A DNA stretch of 32,000 nucleotides from an uncultured Actinomycetota bacterium (GCA_963801575.1 CAWDFT010000011.1:31152-63151), one strand, 5' to 3'. Shown: positions 8,412 through 19,224, counted from the stretch's first letter. Notes: a model not told the origin generated them from the sequence alone. Numbers and translations are program-made.

Positions 8412-9836
8412 GTGAACCGCACCGGCACGGGAACGGATCGGCTGACCTACTTCAGCGCCTCGTGGGACGCCTACCTGGCCGCGCGGCAGGGCGAGGATGG
8501 TATCGCTCGGCGCCAGCAGCAGCGGCTGCGCCACATCGTCGCCTACGCGCGCGCTCACTCGTCCTATTACAGGCGACTTTATCGTGATGTGCCCGAATCG
8601 CTTTCTGACATCAGCCAATTGCCAGCGGTCACAAAGGCCGAGCTGATGAGCCATTTCGACGACTGGGTCACCGACCCAGCAGTGACCAGAGCGCAGGTGC
8701 AAGAATTTCTGGCCGATCCGCACAACGTCGGCCGCGACTTCCAGGATCGCTATGTCGTGTGTACGACCTCAGGCGCGACCGGTATTCCAGCGATCCTGCT
8801 GCATGACCACTCGGCGTTGGTCGTCTACAACGTGTTGGGCTACATCCGCTCGCTGCCGGTGGCGTTCCTCTCGCCGCGGCGCGTGTGGGCGCTGGTGCGC
8901 GGGCGGGCAAGACTGGCCGCGGTTTTCGTCACCGGAGGGCATTTCCTGGGCAACACCATGATGGCCCGACGCCTCCGGACGATGCCGTGGCGGGCCAAAA
9001 CGCAACGCATCTTCTCCGCCCTGGCACCCGTGGAGGAACTGGTGGCCGACCTCAACGCCTTTCAGCCCGTCGTGCTGGGCGGATATCCCAGCGCGCTGGC
9101 GACCTTGGCGCGTGAGCAGCAAGCCGGCAGACTGCACATCCACCCCGTGCTGATCAGCGCCGCGGGCGAAACGCTCACCACCGCGAAACGACAACTGATC
9201 GGTGAGGCGTTCGGCTGTCGAGTAGGCAATTATTACGGATCGTCGGAAGCTGTTGGGCTGACCTACGAATGCGCCGCCCAGCGGCTGCACGTCAACACCG
9301 ATTGGTACATCCTGGAACCCGTCGACGAACACGATCGACCAGTGCCGCGCGGGCAGCTCTCCGATGGCGTGCTAGTGACCAACCTTGCCAACAGGATTCA
9401 ACCCATCATCCGCTACCAGATGGGCGATCGTGTTGCCATCGACCCCGGCCCCTGTGCGTGCGGGAGCCCATTCCCGCCGATTCACGTCGTCGGTCGCACC
9501 GACGACATCCTGACCTTTCCCACACCCCAGGGCGAACCGATCCGCATCCTGCCGCTGGCCATCGCGACAGTGGCCGAGGAGACTCCCGGTGTGGCCGGCT
9601 GCCAGCTCGTTCAGCGCACACCATCAAGCCTCACTGTTCACCTGCGCGTCGAAAACACCGGCGACGAGCAGGCCGTGTGGGCCGCGCTACGAAAACGGTT
9701 GGCGGCGTTTCTGTCAGCCCACGGCGCAACCACTGTCACGATCGAGAAGGCGCACGAACCACCTCAGTTGCATCCGCGCAGCGGAAAGTTCCGGCAGGTC
9801 TACTCGGAGGCGACACCACAGCCCGACGCTTCTTAG
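8412..9836 (+). CDS. Phenylacetate-CoA ligase (PaaK)-like AMP-binding protein
   Basis: VVCTTSGATGIPAIL, LISAAGETLT, GNYYGSSEAVGLTYEC, RYQMGDRVAIDPGPCACGSPFPPIHVVGRTDDIL and HPRSGKFRQV, typical of the PaaK/adenylate-forming family. Confidence 0.8.
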   Translation: MNRTGTGTDRLTYFSASWDAYLAARQGEDGIARRQQQRLRHIVAYARAHSSYYRRLYRDVPESLSDISQLPAVTKAELMSHFDDWVTDPAVTRAQVQEFLADPHNVGRDFQDRYVVCTTSGATGIPAILLHDHSALVVYNVLGYIRSLPVAFLSPRRVWALVRGRARLAAVFVTGGHFLGNTMMARRLRTMPWRAKTQRIFSALAPVEELVADLNAFQPVVLGGYPSALATLAREQQAGRLHIHPVLISAAGETLTTAKRQLIGEAFGCRVGNYYGSSEAVGLTYECAAQRLHVNTDWYILEPVDEHDRPVPRGQLSDGVLVTNLANRIQPIIRYQMGDRVAIDPGPCACGSPFPPIHVVGRTDDILTFPTPQGEPIRILPLAIATVAEETPGVAGCQLVQRTPSSLTVHLRVENTGDEQAVWAALRKRLAAFLSAHGATTVTIEKAHEPPQLHPRSGKFRQVYSEATPQPDAS

Positions 9837-9872
9837 AACGAAGCCTTTGCTGGATGGGGCGGCGATAGGTCG

Positions 9873-11036
9873 TCAGGCACTTTGGTGGTGTGCCACGTCC
9901 GATGCCGCCATCCTGGAGAGTGACCGGGCGATCCGCCCGGTGGCCCAGAGGCCGAAGAGGGCCGCGCGCCGGGAGACCAGACCTGAGACGGGTGCGAGGA
10001 CCACGTGGCGCACCCCCGCGTCGCCGAAGGCCCGGAGCTTGGCCACCACCTGTTCTGGAGTACCCCACAGCAGGGGCCCCTCGGTCATCACGGCAGCCGG
10101 CACGGCGGCGATGGCCTCCTCGATCGTCTGGCGGTCGTGGCGGTCCGGCACGAAGTCGACGAGCGCATCGAAGTGCTCCCCAAGAGGGTGCACCGCCCCG
10201 GCCTGCCGCCACACATCGGCGGGAGCCCCGAGCCCCAGCAATCGGATGGCCTTTGTTTCGAGCATGGCCCGTGCCTCCTGCTCGGATGCGCCGACCACCA
10301 TGAAGCGATGGAGTGCCGGCGTGATCGAGGCTGCGTTTCGCCCCGCCTGGGCGGCCGCGGCCCGTACCGTCGCGAGCTTGGCCGCATACTCCTGCGGCGA
10401 GACCACAGTGGTGGGGTACCACCCGTCGCCGTAGCGTCCGGTCAACCGCAGCATGCGAGGACCGTGCCCGGCTATCCAGATCTCGGGCACCCTGCCGCGC
10501 GGGGCTTTGAGATCCATCGTCGCCCGGTCGAGCCGGTAGTGCTTGCCCGAGAAGGTGATCGGTCCCCGTGTCGACAGGCACAGGCGGATGATCTGGAGGG
10601 CTTCCTCCAGGCGGGTGACCGGCTCCGAGAAGTCCAGCCCGTAGGGGTCGATGTTCATCCTCTCGCCGGCGCCGATGCCGAGGATGGGCGCACGCTTGGT
10701 GAGATGAGACAGCGTCATCATCGCCTGTGCGATCAGCACGGGATGGCGCCGGATCGGCTCGGTCACACCGACGCCCAGGCGCATCCGCCCGACCCGGGAG
10801 GCGAGGTAGCCGAGCAGAACCTGGTAGTCGAAGATCTCGTGCGGGCTCGGGCGTTGCGCGGCGAGCCAGGTCAGTTCCCTGTCCCAGATGGCGCTGGGAA
10901 AGACGTTCTGGAAGTGGTCGATGACCATTATCGAGTCCAGCCGCATCGCCCGCGCACCAAGGAGAAAGGCCCGAATGGCGTTCAGTGGCGGCTGCGTGCC
11001 GATTTGAAGCCCCACGGAGATTCCCGAGCTGCTCAT
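9873..11036 (-). CDS. LLM-class, probably F420-dependent, oxidoreductase (phthiodiolone-ketoreductase-like)
   Basis: GLQIGTQPP...MVIDHFQNVFPSAIWDRELTW, GVGVTEPIRRHPVLIAQAMMTLSHLTKRAPILGIGAGE, YGDGWYP. The start at 11036 is inferred; the ORF extends to 11426. Confidence 0.85.
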   Translation of the reverse strand: MSSSGISVGLQIGTQPPLNAIRAFLLGARAMRLDSIMVIDHFQNVFPSAIWDRELTWLAAQRPSPHEIFDYQVLLGYLASRVGRMRLGVGVTEPIRRHPVLIAQAMMTLSHLTKRAPILGIGAGERMNIDPYGLDFSEPVTRLEEALQIIRLCLSTRGPITFSGKHYRLDRATMDLKAPRGRVPEIWIAGHGPRMLRLTGRYGDGWYPTTVVSPQEYAAKLATVRAAAAQAGRNAASITPALHRFMVVGASEQEARAMLETKAIRLLGLGAPADVWRQAGAVHPLGEHFDALVDFVPDRHDRQTIEEAIAAVPAAVMTEGPLLWGTPEQVVAKLRAFGDAGVRHVVLAPVSGLVSRRAALFGLWATGRIARSLSRMAASDVAHHQSA

Positions 11037-11305
11037 GACAACAACACCCACCCTGGACGCTGAGTGGTCCGAGACCCGGCGATGATCGCGCAGCGGATAG
11101 TCGGCGCCGCGGACGGTCTCGATGAGCTCGCACCTATATGCCCGCCGCGCAACGTAATTGAGCGCACGCCGGCGTGAGGTCTGAATTGTGAACCGGCCCG
11201 CCGTTGGCACATCACCAGATACGACGGACTGACGTTCACCCCCGATCGGGCCGTACAAGGCAGAGGCGCACCCGACATTGCGGGGGCGAACGAACACCTC
11301 GCGGG

Positions 11306-11812
11306 TCAACGACATGTCGAGCCCGCGGCTTCGGCGACGGAGGCGGCGTCGGTGTTGCGGGGCGCGAATGCCACGGCCCGCAGCCCGCCGCACAGGTTCC
11401 GTAGTTGCTCCTCGGTGGCCGGCCACGGCCAGCCCATCAGCTTCGCCTGTCCCCAGGCGATGATGCGGTGGCGGGCCCTAAAACGCTTCTCGAGCTCGAC
11501 GATTTCCTCCGCGTCAAGGAAGCGCTGTCTGGGTTGGTAGCGTTGTAGACCGATCTCGACTTGGGCGGCGGGCGTCACGCTGATGTTGCGGAACCACTGG
11601 CTGTTGCCCCACACCGAGATGACCGCGGCCTCACGCGTGCGGTGGTCATAACGCTGGACGTAGAGCACCGTGCGGTAGATATTTCCCGTGCGACGCCCGA
11701 CATGGGTCAGCACTAGAAACGCATGGCCCGTGAGCCATCCGAGCCGGATGCGCCACAAGATCTGCAGGGCTTCGCCGACGGCGGCGACCGTTCGCTTCCA
11801 GGCGATGCTCAC
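11306..11812 (-). CDS. Deazaflavin (F420)-dependent nitroreductase / DUF385-like protein
   Basis: LVLTHVGRRTGNIYRTVLYV...VISVWGNSQWFRNISVTPAAQVEIG...RFLDAEE, as in the DDN/Rv3547-type fold. The N-terminus is uncertain. Confidence 0.75.
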   Translation of the reverse strand: MSIAWKRTVAAVGEALQILWRIRLGWLTGHAFLVLTHVGRRTGNIYRTVLYVQRYDHRTREAAVISVWGNSQWFRNISVTPAAQVEIGLQRYQPRQRFLDAEEIVELEKRFRARHRIIAWGQAKLMGWPWPATEEQLRNLCGGLRAVAFAPRNTDAASVAEAAGSTCR

Positions 11813-11939
11813 CGACTCTTGGTGCGCGAGAGGTCGCGATTCGCGCGGGTATCGTGCGCCATAGCCGTCCGCTCACATTGGTGGGCATTGCTTTTCGACT
11901 CGTAGAGGCCATCATCTGCGCACCTAACGCCGCCCGCTA

Positions 11940-12021
11940 GGGCCGATCGTCCCCAAGCATCGGTTCGTTTACGCGGGCACGGGTGATCAACGGCCCTTGC
12001 TGCCAGGACTTATGACCCTGG
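11940..12021. promoter_or_regulatory. Two DosR-box-like sequences between divergent nitroreductase-like and hydrolase genes
   Basis: Minus strand: TTGGGGACGATCGGCCC (11940-11956). Plus strand: CCAGGACTTATGACCCTGG (12003-12021). Confidence 0.45.
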
Positions 12022-12133
12022 TGCCGCTAACGCACCCGCGTCACGGTGTGGTGTGCCGACGTTGCGAGTACAACCCGCGCTGGGCGGCCCGACAACGAAT
12101 CGGCTTCATTTGCCGGTGAGCAGGGTTGAGGTG

Positions 12134-13075
12134 ATGGGCATGCGTGATAGAGATCAGCGGCTGCGCAACGAGGTGGAGCACCCGCAGCTCTATGAAGAGG
12201 TGACGATCACCTCCGCGGGCGTGCCGATTGTGCTGTCGGTGTGGCACGGCCGGCCAGGCGGGCCGGTTGCGGTGTTCCTGCCGGGCACCATGACCCACCC
12301 GCTGTTCTACGAAGAGTTCTGCGATGGTCTTGCCGCCCAAGGCATTACCGTCGTCGGAGTCCACCCCGAGGGACACGGCAAGAGCCCTCGCGTGGGGCGG
12401 CTACTGCGCCTGGACAGTCTCGTCGCCAACGCGCTCGACGCCACCGCATGGGCCCGCGCGCGGTTCGGGCGACTCCCAATCGTCGTGGGCTCCAGTCAAG
12501 GCGGTGTAGTGGCGATCATCCTCGCGACCCGGGACCACGAGCTCGCCGGCGTCCTCGCCCACAACATCCTCGACCCCGCGCTTCCCGCCTCAATCACAGT
12601 GTCGCGGTTCCCAACTTTCCTGCAAGCCATGTACCGCCCGTTCGTGCGAGTCCTTCGGGTGCTGGCCAAGCTGGCGCCGCGGGTACCGATCCCGTTCAAC
12701 GTCTACCTCGACCTGGCCCGGGTATGCCGTGAGCGGTGGACCGCCGAGCAGTTCCTGATGGACCCGCTTAGCCTGCGAGCCTACCCACTTGCCTTCCTGG
12801 CCGACCTGTTCACCGCCGACATGAAGGCCATGGGCGATGGCACGATCACGTGCCCGATCGTGGTCGTCGCGGGCCGCGGAGACCCACTGTTCAGCTTGGA
12901 CTACACACGGAAGGTGTTCGCGCGCATTGCCGCTCCTGCCAAAGAGCTTGTCGTTTTCGACACCGATCACCACCTGCTGTTCAATGAATGTCTGCCCCTC
13001 GTCCTGCCACGGGTCGCCGAGCTGATCACACGCCTCGATGCTCAACAGCCGACCCGGGTGGAGACCACAGGGTGA
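12134..13075 (+). CDS. Alpha/beta hydrolase
   Basis: VFLPGTMTHPLFYEEFCDGLAAQGITVVGVHPEGHGKS, nucleophile elbow GSSQGG, terminal DTDHHLLF. Confidence 0.85.
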   Translation: MGMRDRDQRLRNEVEHPQLYEEVTITSAGVPIVLSVWHGRPGGPVAVFLPGTMTHPLFYEEFCDGLAAQGITVVGVHPEGHGKSPRVGRLLRLDSLVANALDATAWARARFGRLPIVVGSSQGGVVAIILATRDHELAGVLAHNILDPALPASITVSRFPTFLQAMYRPFVRVLRVLAKLAPRVPIPFNVYLDLARVCRERWTAEQFLMDPLSLRAYPLAFLADLFTADMKAMGDGTITCPIVVVAGRGDPLFSLDYTRKVFARIAAPAKELVVFDTDHHLLFNECLPLVLPRVAELITRLDAQQPTRVETTG

Positions 13076-13140
13076 GTCGGCGGTGACCTTCGGCACGCGT
13101 GGCGGCCCGTCGGTGCTGACAAAGTAAGAGAGCGCTCACG

Positions 13141-14052
13141 ATGAACGCAATCAACCTCAACGATGGTGCGCATGGTGCGGTGCGCGGCTACGTGCATCTC
13201 GTGGACGGCCGCAGGCTTTCCTACACCGAGTGGGGCAATCCGGCGGGCAGGCCGGTCCTGGAGTTCCGCGGCTTGCCGAGCTCGCGGCGGGGCGACGCGA
13301 TCGACCTCGCCGCATTGGCCCGTGCCGGGGTGCGCCGCATCACCGTCGACCGCCCCGGTGTCGGATTCTCTGACCCGCAGCCGGGCCGCACGCTGCTGGA
13401 CTGGCCTGCCGACGTGCGCGCTCTGGCCGACACCCTCGGACTGGAGACCTTCGCGGTGCTGGGCACCTCCGGCGGCGGACCCTACGCCGCCGCATGCGTT
13501 GTCGCGTTGCACGACCGGGTCAGCCGCGCAGTGATCGTCAGCGGGCTGGGTCCGCTCGATCGCCCAGGCGCTCTGCACGGCATGAATCGTGGTGAGGCCG
13601 CCACGATGATCCTCGCCCGCCGCGCCCCGACCCTGGCACAATGCATCGTCGGCGCGGCCGTCGCTGTCGAGCGCCTCCGACCAGGCACGGTGTATCAGGG
13701 CCTCATGAAAGCCCTGCCAGAGGTCGACCGCCGCGTCGCCGCCCAACCGCGCGTCCGCGACAGTCTGGCCGACTCCTATACCCTCGCGTTTCGCCAGGGC
13801 GTGCGCGGCCAAGTACACGACTGGGCAGTCATCGCCTCGCCGTGGATGTTTCGCCCCGAGGACATCGATGTCCCCGTGCAGCTGTGCCACGGCGGGCTAG
13901 ACGATCGGGTGCCGCTGCATCATGCGCGTGACCTCGCGGCGCGAATACCTCACTGCCAACTGAGCGAGTATCCCGACGAGGGCCACATGCTGGTGTTCTC
14001 ACACGCAGAGGAAATCCTGATCGCGGCAGCCGTCGACGTGCCGCCGTCATAG
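13141..14052 (+). CDS. Alpha/beta hydrolase
   Basis: GYVHLVDGRRLSYTEWGNPAGRPVLEF, RPGVGFSD, nucleophile elbow GTSGGGPYA, C-terminal PDEGHMLVF. Confidence 0.9.
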   Translation: MNAINLNDGAHGAVRGYVHLVDGRRLSYTEWGNPAGRPVLEFRGLPSSRRGDAIDLAALARAGVRRITVDRPGVGFSDPQPGRTLLDWPADVRALADTLGLETFAVLGTSGGGPYAAACVVALHDRVSRAVIVSGLGPLDRPGALHGMNRGEAATMILARRAPTLAQCIVGAAVAVERLRPGTVYQGLMKALPEVDRRVAAQPRVRDSLADSYTLAFRQGVRGQVHDWAVIASPWMFRPEDIDVPVQLCHGGLDDRVPLHHARDLAARIPHCQLSEYPDEGHMLVFSHAEEILIAAAVDVPPS

Positions 14053-14179
14053 GATCCGGCCTGCAGAGTCGGCCAGACGTGCGAAGTCGAGCGTGTCCGT
14101 GGAGAGTCCTGGCGTGGTCGAATCCGTGTGCGTCACATCGGTTAACCGAGTGCACTACTCCAGTAGATCCGCGTAGCGG

Positions 14180-15006
14180 CTAGGGTCCGTCTAGCACCGC
14201 GGCGTGCCCGAGTTGCCCGAGACTCATAACCTCAGGTCGCCGCCCAAACAACCGCTGGTAACGCGCAATGTCCTTGCTGCTCTGCGTCGGATCCTTGTCG
14301 GCGGTCAACACGACGACCTCACCACGCCACCACTGGAACGCGGCCGGGGTAACGATCTGTGCGCGGATCACGTCCGCGGCGACGGCGAAGTGTGACACCA
14401 CGTCAGCCCGGCACAGCTCCTCACGCACGATGGAACGAATGACGTCGGCCAATTCGGTCCGTTTCGGTTCGGCAGTGGATATGTCAGCCTGACCAACCCG
14501 ATGGATACCAATTCTTTGAGCATCTTCTCCGGCAGGACATGCGCTAGTAGCGTGAACAGCTTTTCCGCCGCGAGCCACGGCCGGGCATAGTCCGCAGGGT
14601 CCGCGCTCGACAGGACGAGGCGCTGAACGGCGTGCGGGCGATGAGCGAGTTACGCCTGCGCCAGCAACCCGCCGTACGACTGGCCCACCAGCGTCACGGT
14701 GTCGACAGATTCGGTGCGCAAAATGCTGTCGAAGGCAGCCATGAACTCCGCGACAGCCAGGAGAGGCGCATAGTCGGGGGCGATGACGGTGTGGCGACTG
14801 GCAAGCCTCTCGAGGAACGCCGAGGCGATGGCCGCCCGACGCAGACCGCCGGTCAACCACAGCACCGCCGTCCCGGCGCCGAGGCGGTAGTAGCACCATG
14901 GGATGTCTTCCACCACCACGTGCTTGCCGTGATGGCCTGCGAAGCGCTCCATCTGATCAGAAATGGTCATCGACGGGGTCCCTCCGTCGCACTGCGCGCC
15001 GGCCAA
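14180..15006 (-). pseudogene. Frameshifted alpha/beta hydrolase remnant
   Basis: N-terminal half (14650-15006) ends at VTLVGQSYGGLLAQA, the nucleophile elbow. The C-terminal half, ending in ...VVVLTADKDPTQSSKDIARYQRLFGRRPEVMSLGQLGHAAVLDGP, is in another frame (ORF 14180-14899). Confidence 0.7.
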
Positions 15007-15119
15007 GACATCTGCGCCAGCTGCACCATGTCAATCTGGTGCGGCAATACGTCTGCGCGGCTGGGCAATCCAGATGTGCTGGACCTGTGGCGTGGGCACG
15101 GTGGTTTCACGCTAAGCAC

Positions 15120-15950
15120 CTAGATGCGGTCTGGTGTATCGAGATACCGTTCTTCAACGGCCCGTATCAATTGGTGGCGTATTCGTTCCACGTCCGCAGC
15201 GCGATGGGCAAGCAGCTCGTCCTCCTGCGCGGCCACTTGCGCTGCCAAGTCTGTGTCGGCGATGGTGCCTTCGAGCCAGCGGGAAAAATCGCCTCGTTCC
15301 AGGTGGTAATGAATTGTTTCCGCATCGAGGTGAGCCAAGGCATTACCGAAGTCATGCATGGAGGCTGCCGGAGTGATGTGCTGCTCGCCAGTCGACCGGA
15401 AGTAGAACCGCCGCTCCTTGGGCAAGACCATATCGGCATACTTGCGGCGATGCCGCACGTGTGTAGTCCGGCGTTCGGCAATGGGAAACGCGCGTGCCGG
15501 CCCGGAGCCGAACCGCACGGTGGCCTGCCGCACCGGTTGTGAACCGACTTCTGCTGATGTGTCGGCGTTGGTCAGCTCCAGCGCCACATCGGTGCGCTTG
15601 ATTTCGTTGGCCGGCAGTGACTTTGGTGAGAACGATGATAGGGCGTATCCACCTCGCCGGGTCCATCGGGCCTTCTCCTCGGCGCCCAACAGGTGCGCCT
15701 CGTCGAAAATTACCCAGTGCGGGAACCCGTGCTGTTCGCGGTGTGCCTCGGCGGCTGGCCGCAGACGATGCACATAGTCGATCTTGGCCGGTTCGGCCAG
15801 CCGCGACACATCGACAACGACGCTGGCGCCAGGTCCCAACAGGTTCACCAGTTCGGCTGGCTCAGGTAGATAGTGCCTGGCATCGACCAGGTCTACGTTG
15901 TTGAGCTGCTGTAATGCCGTGTGGTCGCCTTCTGATAGCGTGATCCGCAT
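15120..15950 (-). pseudogene. 5'-truncated ATPase/helicase-like gene fragment (Walker B region and C-terminus)
   Basis: HWVIFDEAHLLG resembles a Walker B motif. No P-loop or N-terminal domain precedes it before the unrelated plus-strand gene at 16002. Confidence 0.5.
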
Positions 15951-16001
15951 ACACGAGTGATGCGCCAGGCTCGCGGGGCGCGTAGTTGGAGAAGGTGACG
16001 G

Positions 16002-16457
16002 ATGACGGACAAACGCTCATACGTCCGGCCCCTGCTTGTAGCCGGATTGTTCGCGACAGCGCTGATCGGACATGCGGTGCCGGCTGAAGCCGAGGGACCC
16101 GCAGCGGGATTGGCCTGCCCGGCAGACCAAATCGGTGACGCCGCAACTGCACCTGATGGTGGGGTCATTCGTTGCGTTGTCGATGAACAGGGCGCGGTCC
16201 ACTGGCTACCTGACACCCACGCCGTCGGAACGATTGCAGACCTGCAGTCCGCGGGTTACTCGGTGAGCGTGGATCGGGTCGGAGATCAACCGCTGCCCGC
16301 CTGCGCAGTGATCGAGGTGCACAATCCGATGATTGTTACCTCGATGAACTCGGGAGGCACCACGCCGGGTGGACCCGGATCGATCGGCAACAAACACTCC
16401 ACGACCATCGTCGTGAGCAAGACGATCGACGTGTCATTGGACTGCACCGGTGGCTAG
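16002..16457 (+). CDS. Small secreted hypothetical protein
   Basis: Signal peptide (VRPLLVAGLFATALIGHAVPAEAEG) followed by a Cys-containing mature region. Confidence 0.6.
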   Translation: MTDKRSYVRPLLVAGLFATALIGHAVPAEAEGPAAGLACPADQIGDAATAPDGGVIRCVVDEQGAVHWLPDTHAVGTIADLQSAGYSVSVDRVGDQPLPACAVIEVHNPMIVTSMNSGGTTPGGPGSIGNKHSTTIVVSKTIDVSLDCTGG

Positions 16458-17129
16458 TGCGTCTCGTCTGCCTCTATCGGGCGACACGCACACGTGACCA
16501 CGTAGCCCTTCGACGTCGGAAGGCTTGAGCTTGTAGAGCCGTATCGTACCGAACGGCCAGACTCCAAGTGACGGCGGCTGAGGTTCGCGCACAGCGCACG
16601 TGTGGACTCCTGGCGATCGGAGGCCGGGAGAGTCGTTGCCCGCCAAAGCCCCAGCCACTCACCGACCGTGCTGGTGGCGTCCTTTGGCGGCTTGCCCCGT
16701 CAAGACGCGCGCGTACAGTTTTCATTTTGGCGTGAGCTTTCGAAGCTTTTGCCTTGGCCGATTCCTTGGCACCTGGGCGGTAGTTCGCCGTGATGGGCGC
16801 ACCGCGAGCGCCACCCTGGAGTCCCATGCCGAGACCCGCTGATGACCTAAGTCCCTTGCCGCGATGGTCTTCGGTCCCTAGCAACGGCGTGTACGGACGT
16901 CGAGACTGAGTTCGCAATTTAGGGCCGCAGAGGCCTGCAGGAGAACCCGAGGTATACCAGCATGCGTGCCTTCGACAAATTCATTCTCAGCGTGCTGAAG
17001 CTACGCGGCAAGCGCAGCGAGAGGGAACGAGAAAAGGACGAACGCAGGTATCCCTCCGCTGAGCCCTAAAGCTCAAGCAACATCGAACCCCCGGTCGTGA
17101 CTGACCTGAGGTAGCGGAAGGAAAACAAC

Positions 17130-17435
17130 ATGAACCGCGAAGTGTGCAAGTTCTTCTCCGGATCGTTCGCGGCGCTGGCATACGCGCACGCCGCGTATGC
17201 CGTGGCTACATCTCGCGGCATCATCGACGAGCCCATGTTCCTCGGCAGAAGGTGGGGTGTCGGATACATGTGGACGGAGGCCGCTGTTTACTCTGCCGTC
17301 AGTCTGGCACTCGGATACGTCGGCTGGGTCTCCAAACCTCAAGCCCGGCTACAGGAACCGACAACTTCCGCGACACATGGGCCGAGCACGCAACCTGTCA
17401 GCGCAGGTGAACAATCTCAGCCCGTATCCCGCTGA
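17130..17435 (+). CDS. Small membrane-associated hypothetical protein
   Basis: ATG preceded by a purine-rich stretch (GGTAGCGGAAGGAAAAC). Two hydrophobic stretches. Confidence 0.45.
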   Translation: MNREVCKFFSGSFAALAYAHAAYAVATSRGIIDEPMFLGRRWGVGYMWTEAAVYSAVSLALGYVGWVSKPQARLQEPTTSATHGPSTQPVSAGEQSQPVSR

Positions 17436-17460
17436 TCGATGTCGAATAACCCAGGGTCTG

Positions 17461-17835
17461 ATGGCTGAACTCGACTTCATTCACAGGACCGTCGTGTCAG
17501 AACTCTGGCGCCCCGACGGGATGGCGGAGACACTCTACGGTCGAGCCTTCTGGGCTGTGGCGCATCGAGGATTCAGCGGGGGAGGGCGGCTCGACCTGTG
17601 GGCCCATCGCGACGAAATGACCGCGATGCGAGCGGCAGCTGAGCTGGCGATCGAGTGCCTGGACGACGAACCCATCGCCGCCAACCATTTCAAGAACGGC
17701 GACTACCGCGCGGTGATGGACCGGTATGCCGAGCGGACCCCTGAATCAAACACGTATTGGCGGTTGTGGAGGTGCCGCCCATGGATGACCCCGGACAACT
17801 TCTTCGAAACGTCGGCCGACGTCAGACCCCGCTGA
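17461..17835 (+). CDS. Hypothetical protein (MAELDFIHRTVVSELWRPDG...)
   Basis: ORF of about 124 aa with plausible globular composition and no recognised family. Confidence 0.4.
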   Translation: MAELDFIHRTVVSELWRPDGMAETLYGRAFWAVAHRGFSGGGRLDLWAHRDEMTAMRAAAELAIECLDDEPIAANHFKNGDYRAVMDRYAERTPESNTYWRLWRCRPWMTPDNFFETSADVRPR

Positions 17836-18415
17836 CCGTGCATTCCATAGCGGCCGTGCCCCGCGAAGGGGGCGGACCTCGGATCCGACACGACGCAGCA
17901 GATAGCGAATATAACTGCGCTAAAGTGTCTTTCGTCACCGTGACGGTTCGATAGCGGAGCTCAGCCGGTAGAAGAAGGGCACGACGCCCGGGGGCGAATC
18001 GCCATGGTGCGAATGCGACACGGGTCCATCGCATCCACCCGGTCGGCCGTCCAGGTGTGCGCCGGGGACGAGCTGTGCGATCATCGGCTGCGAGCGGCCA
18101 CACGCGGTTGCGCGGCAACGGAACTCGGACGTGGCCGTGGTGCACCCGGCGAGCCGCCCGTCTCAATGATTCTGTTCCGCCCAGGTCAGAGCATTGTTCT
18201 GGCCCTGGTTCAAACGCGAAATTTCTGGCACACAATGCCGATAAGCCACATTATGTCAAGTCAACTGCTCCGTTTTCATCAGATGAATCAGACCTACCCC
18301 GCGGCCCCGAGGCCCGCCTCGTACACGCTGGTGGCGCTGAGCATGGATTCACGGCCACCCATTTCCTTTGACCTCGCGGCGCCACACGATGTCCGCGCCC
18401 CATCGCCTCACCTCA

Positions 18416-18492
18416 CGAATATGCACGAATCGAATATGGAGGGTTACAGTAAGCCTCGCTGTTTGCGCTGCTGCCCAACGGTTTTCACTTAC
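18416..18492 (+). repeat. Dispersed TA-linked repeat, copy A
   Basis: GAATATGCACGAATCGAATATGGAGGGTTACAGTAA...CCAACGGTTTTCACTTAC. It overlaps the stop codon of the adjacent MazF-like gene. Boundaries are approximate. Confidence 0.7.
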
Positions 18493-18833
18493 CGGGCAAG
18501 GCCAAGGAATGCCATCATTGCCCGCTCGACCTCGACGACTTGCTCGGCTGTCAGCCGGCCAACCCGCGCGTGGACGTTCGACCTTCTGACGGTTGTGAGC
18601 TTATCGATCATCACGTCACTGTCGTGGTCGAGTCCTGAAAGCCGCCCGCTTCCGCCGGTTATGCGAATGCGCATCAGCGGCGCATCCAATAGCGTGCTGG
18701 TCATCGGAGCAACAGTCACTGAACTCGTGGCATCAAAGAGGTCATCCTGAACGATCACTGCCGGACGCGGCTTCGCCGCGTAGACGCCCCCCGCTACGGT
18801 CCAGATCTCCCCTCGGTTCACTCCTCGTCCCAC
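18489..18833 (-). CDS. MazF/PemK-like toxin (TA module 1)
   Basis: [27 protein letters not shown]...[38 protein letters not shown]. Confidence 0.88.
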   Translation of the reverse strand: MGRGVNRGEIWTVAGGVYAAKPRPAVIVQDDLFDATSSVTVAPMTSTLLDAPLMRIRITGGSGRLSGLDHDSDVMIDKLTTVRRSNVHARVGRLTAEQVVEVERAMMAFLGLAR

Positions 18834-19024
18834 GGTGTCGAGATCGCCTCAACGAAGTCTTGGTCGTCGCCGCTTTCGTCCGCTCGTGCGACCAACGAAG
18901 CCTGGCGATGCGCCTCGGCCGCAAAAGTCTCGGTTCGCACGTCAGGCACCCAGACCTGTAACGGCCGGAGGCCCCGCTCCCGCATCCGGCGTCGGTACTC
19001 GCCGACCCTTTCTCTCACCGCCAT
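18818..19024 (-). CDS. MazE-like antitoxin (TA module 1)
   Basis: [39 protein letters not shown]...TPWDEE. It overlaps the toxin start. Confidence 0.85.
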   Translation of the reverse strand: MAVRERVGEYRRRMRERGLRPLQVWVPDVRTETFAAEAHRQASLVARADESGDDQDFVEAISTPWDEE

Positions 19025-19032
19025 GCCGCAAT

Positions 19033-19044
19033 GTTACATGTAAC
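19033..19044. promoter_or_regulatory. Perfect palindrome GTTACATGTAAC, candidate TA1 operator
   Basis: 12-bp perfect palindrome about 10 bp upstream of the antitoxin start. Confidence 0.5.
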
Positions 19045-19224
19045 GCCGAATCTAAGCTGCTGGATAATCAGACCTGGCGGGCCAGCAAACAGACGTCTCG
19101 ACTACGGCTTTCGCTCGACGGATCCGCCTGACCTACTACCGGCTTGTTGCCCTACCACGCTGGACTGGATGACGCCCAGCTCCTGGATCGACACACAAGT
19201 CGAGATCGGACTTGGGGCAGGCAA

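Noticed and set aside
9736-11133. 465-aa ORF on the minus strand overlapping the LLM gene in another frame
   Set aside because: Arg/Pro-rich low-complexity translation with no recognisable motifs. The 9873-11036 frame has clear LLM-family motifs.
13085-13140. DosR-like box GTGACCTTCGGCACG upstream of the second hydrolase
   Set aside because: It deviates from the core in at least two key positions; too weak to list as a site.
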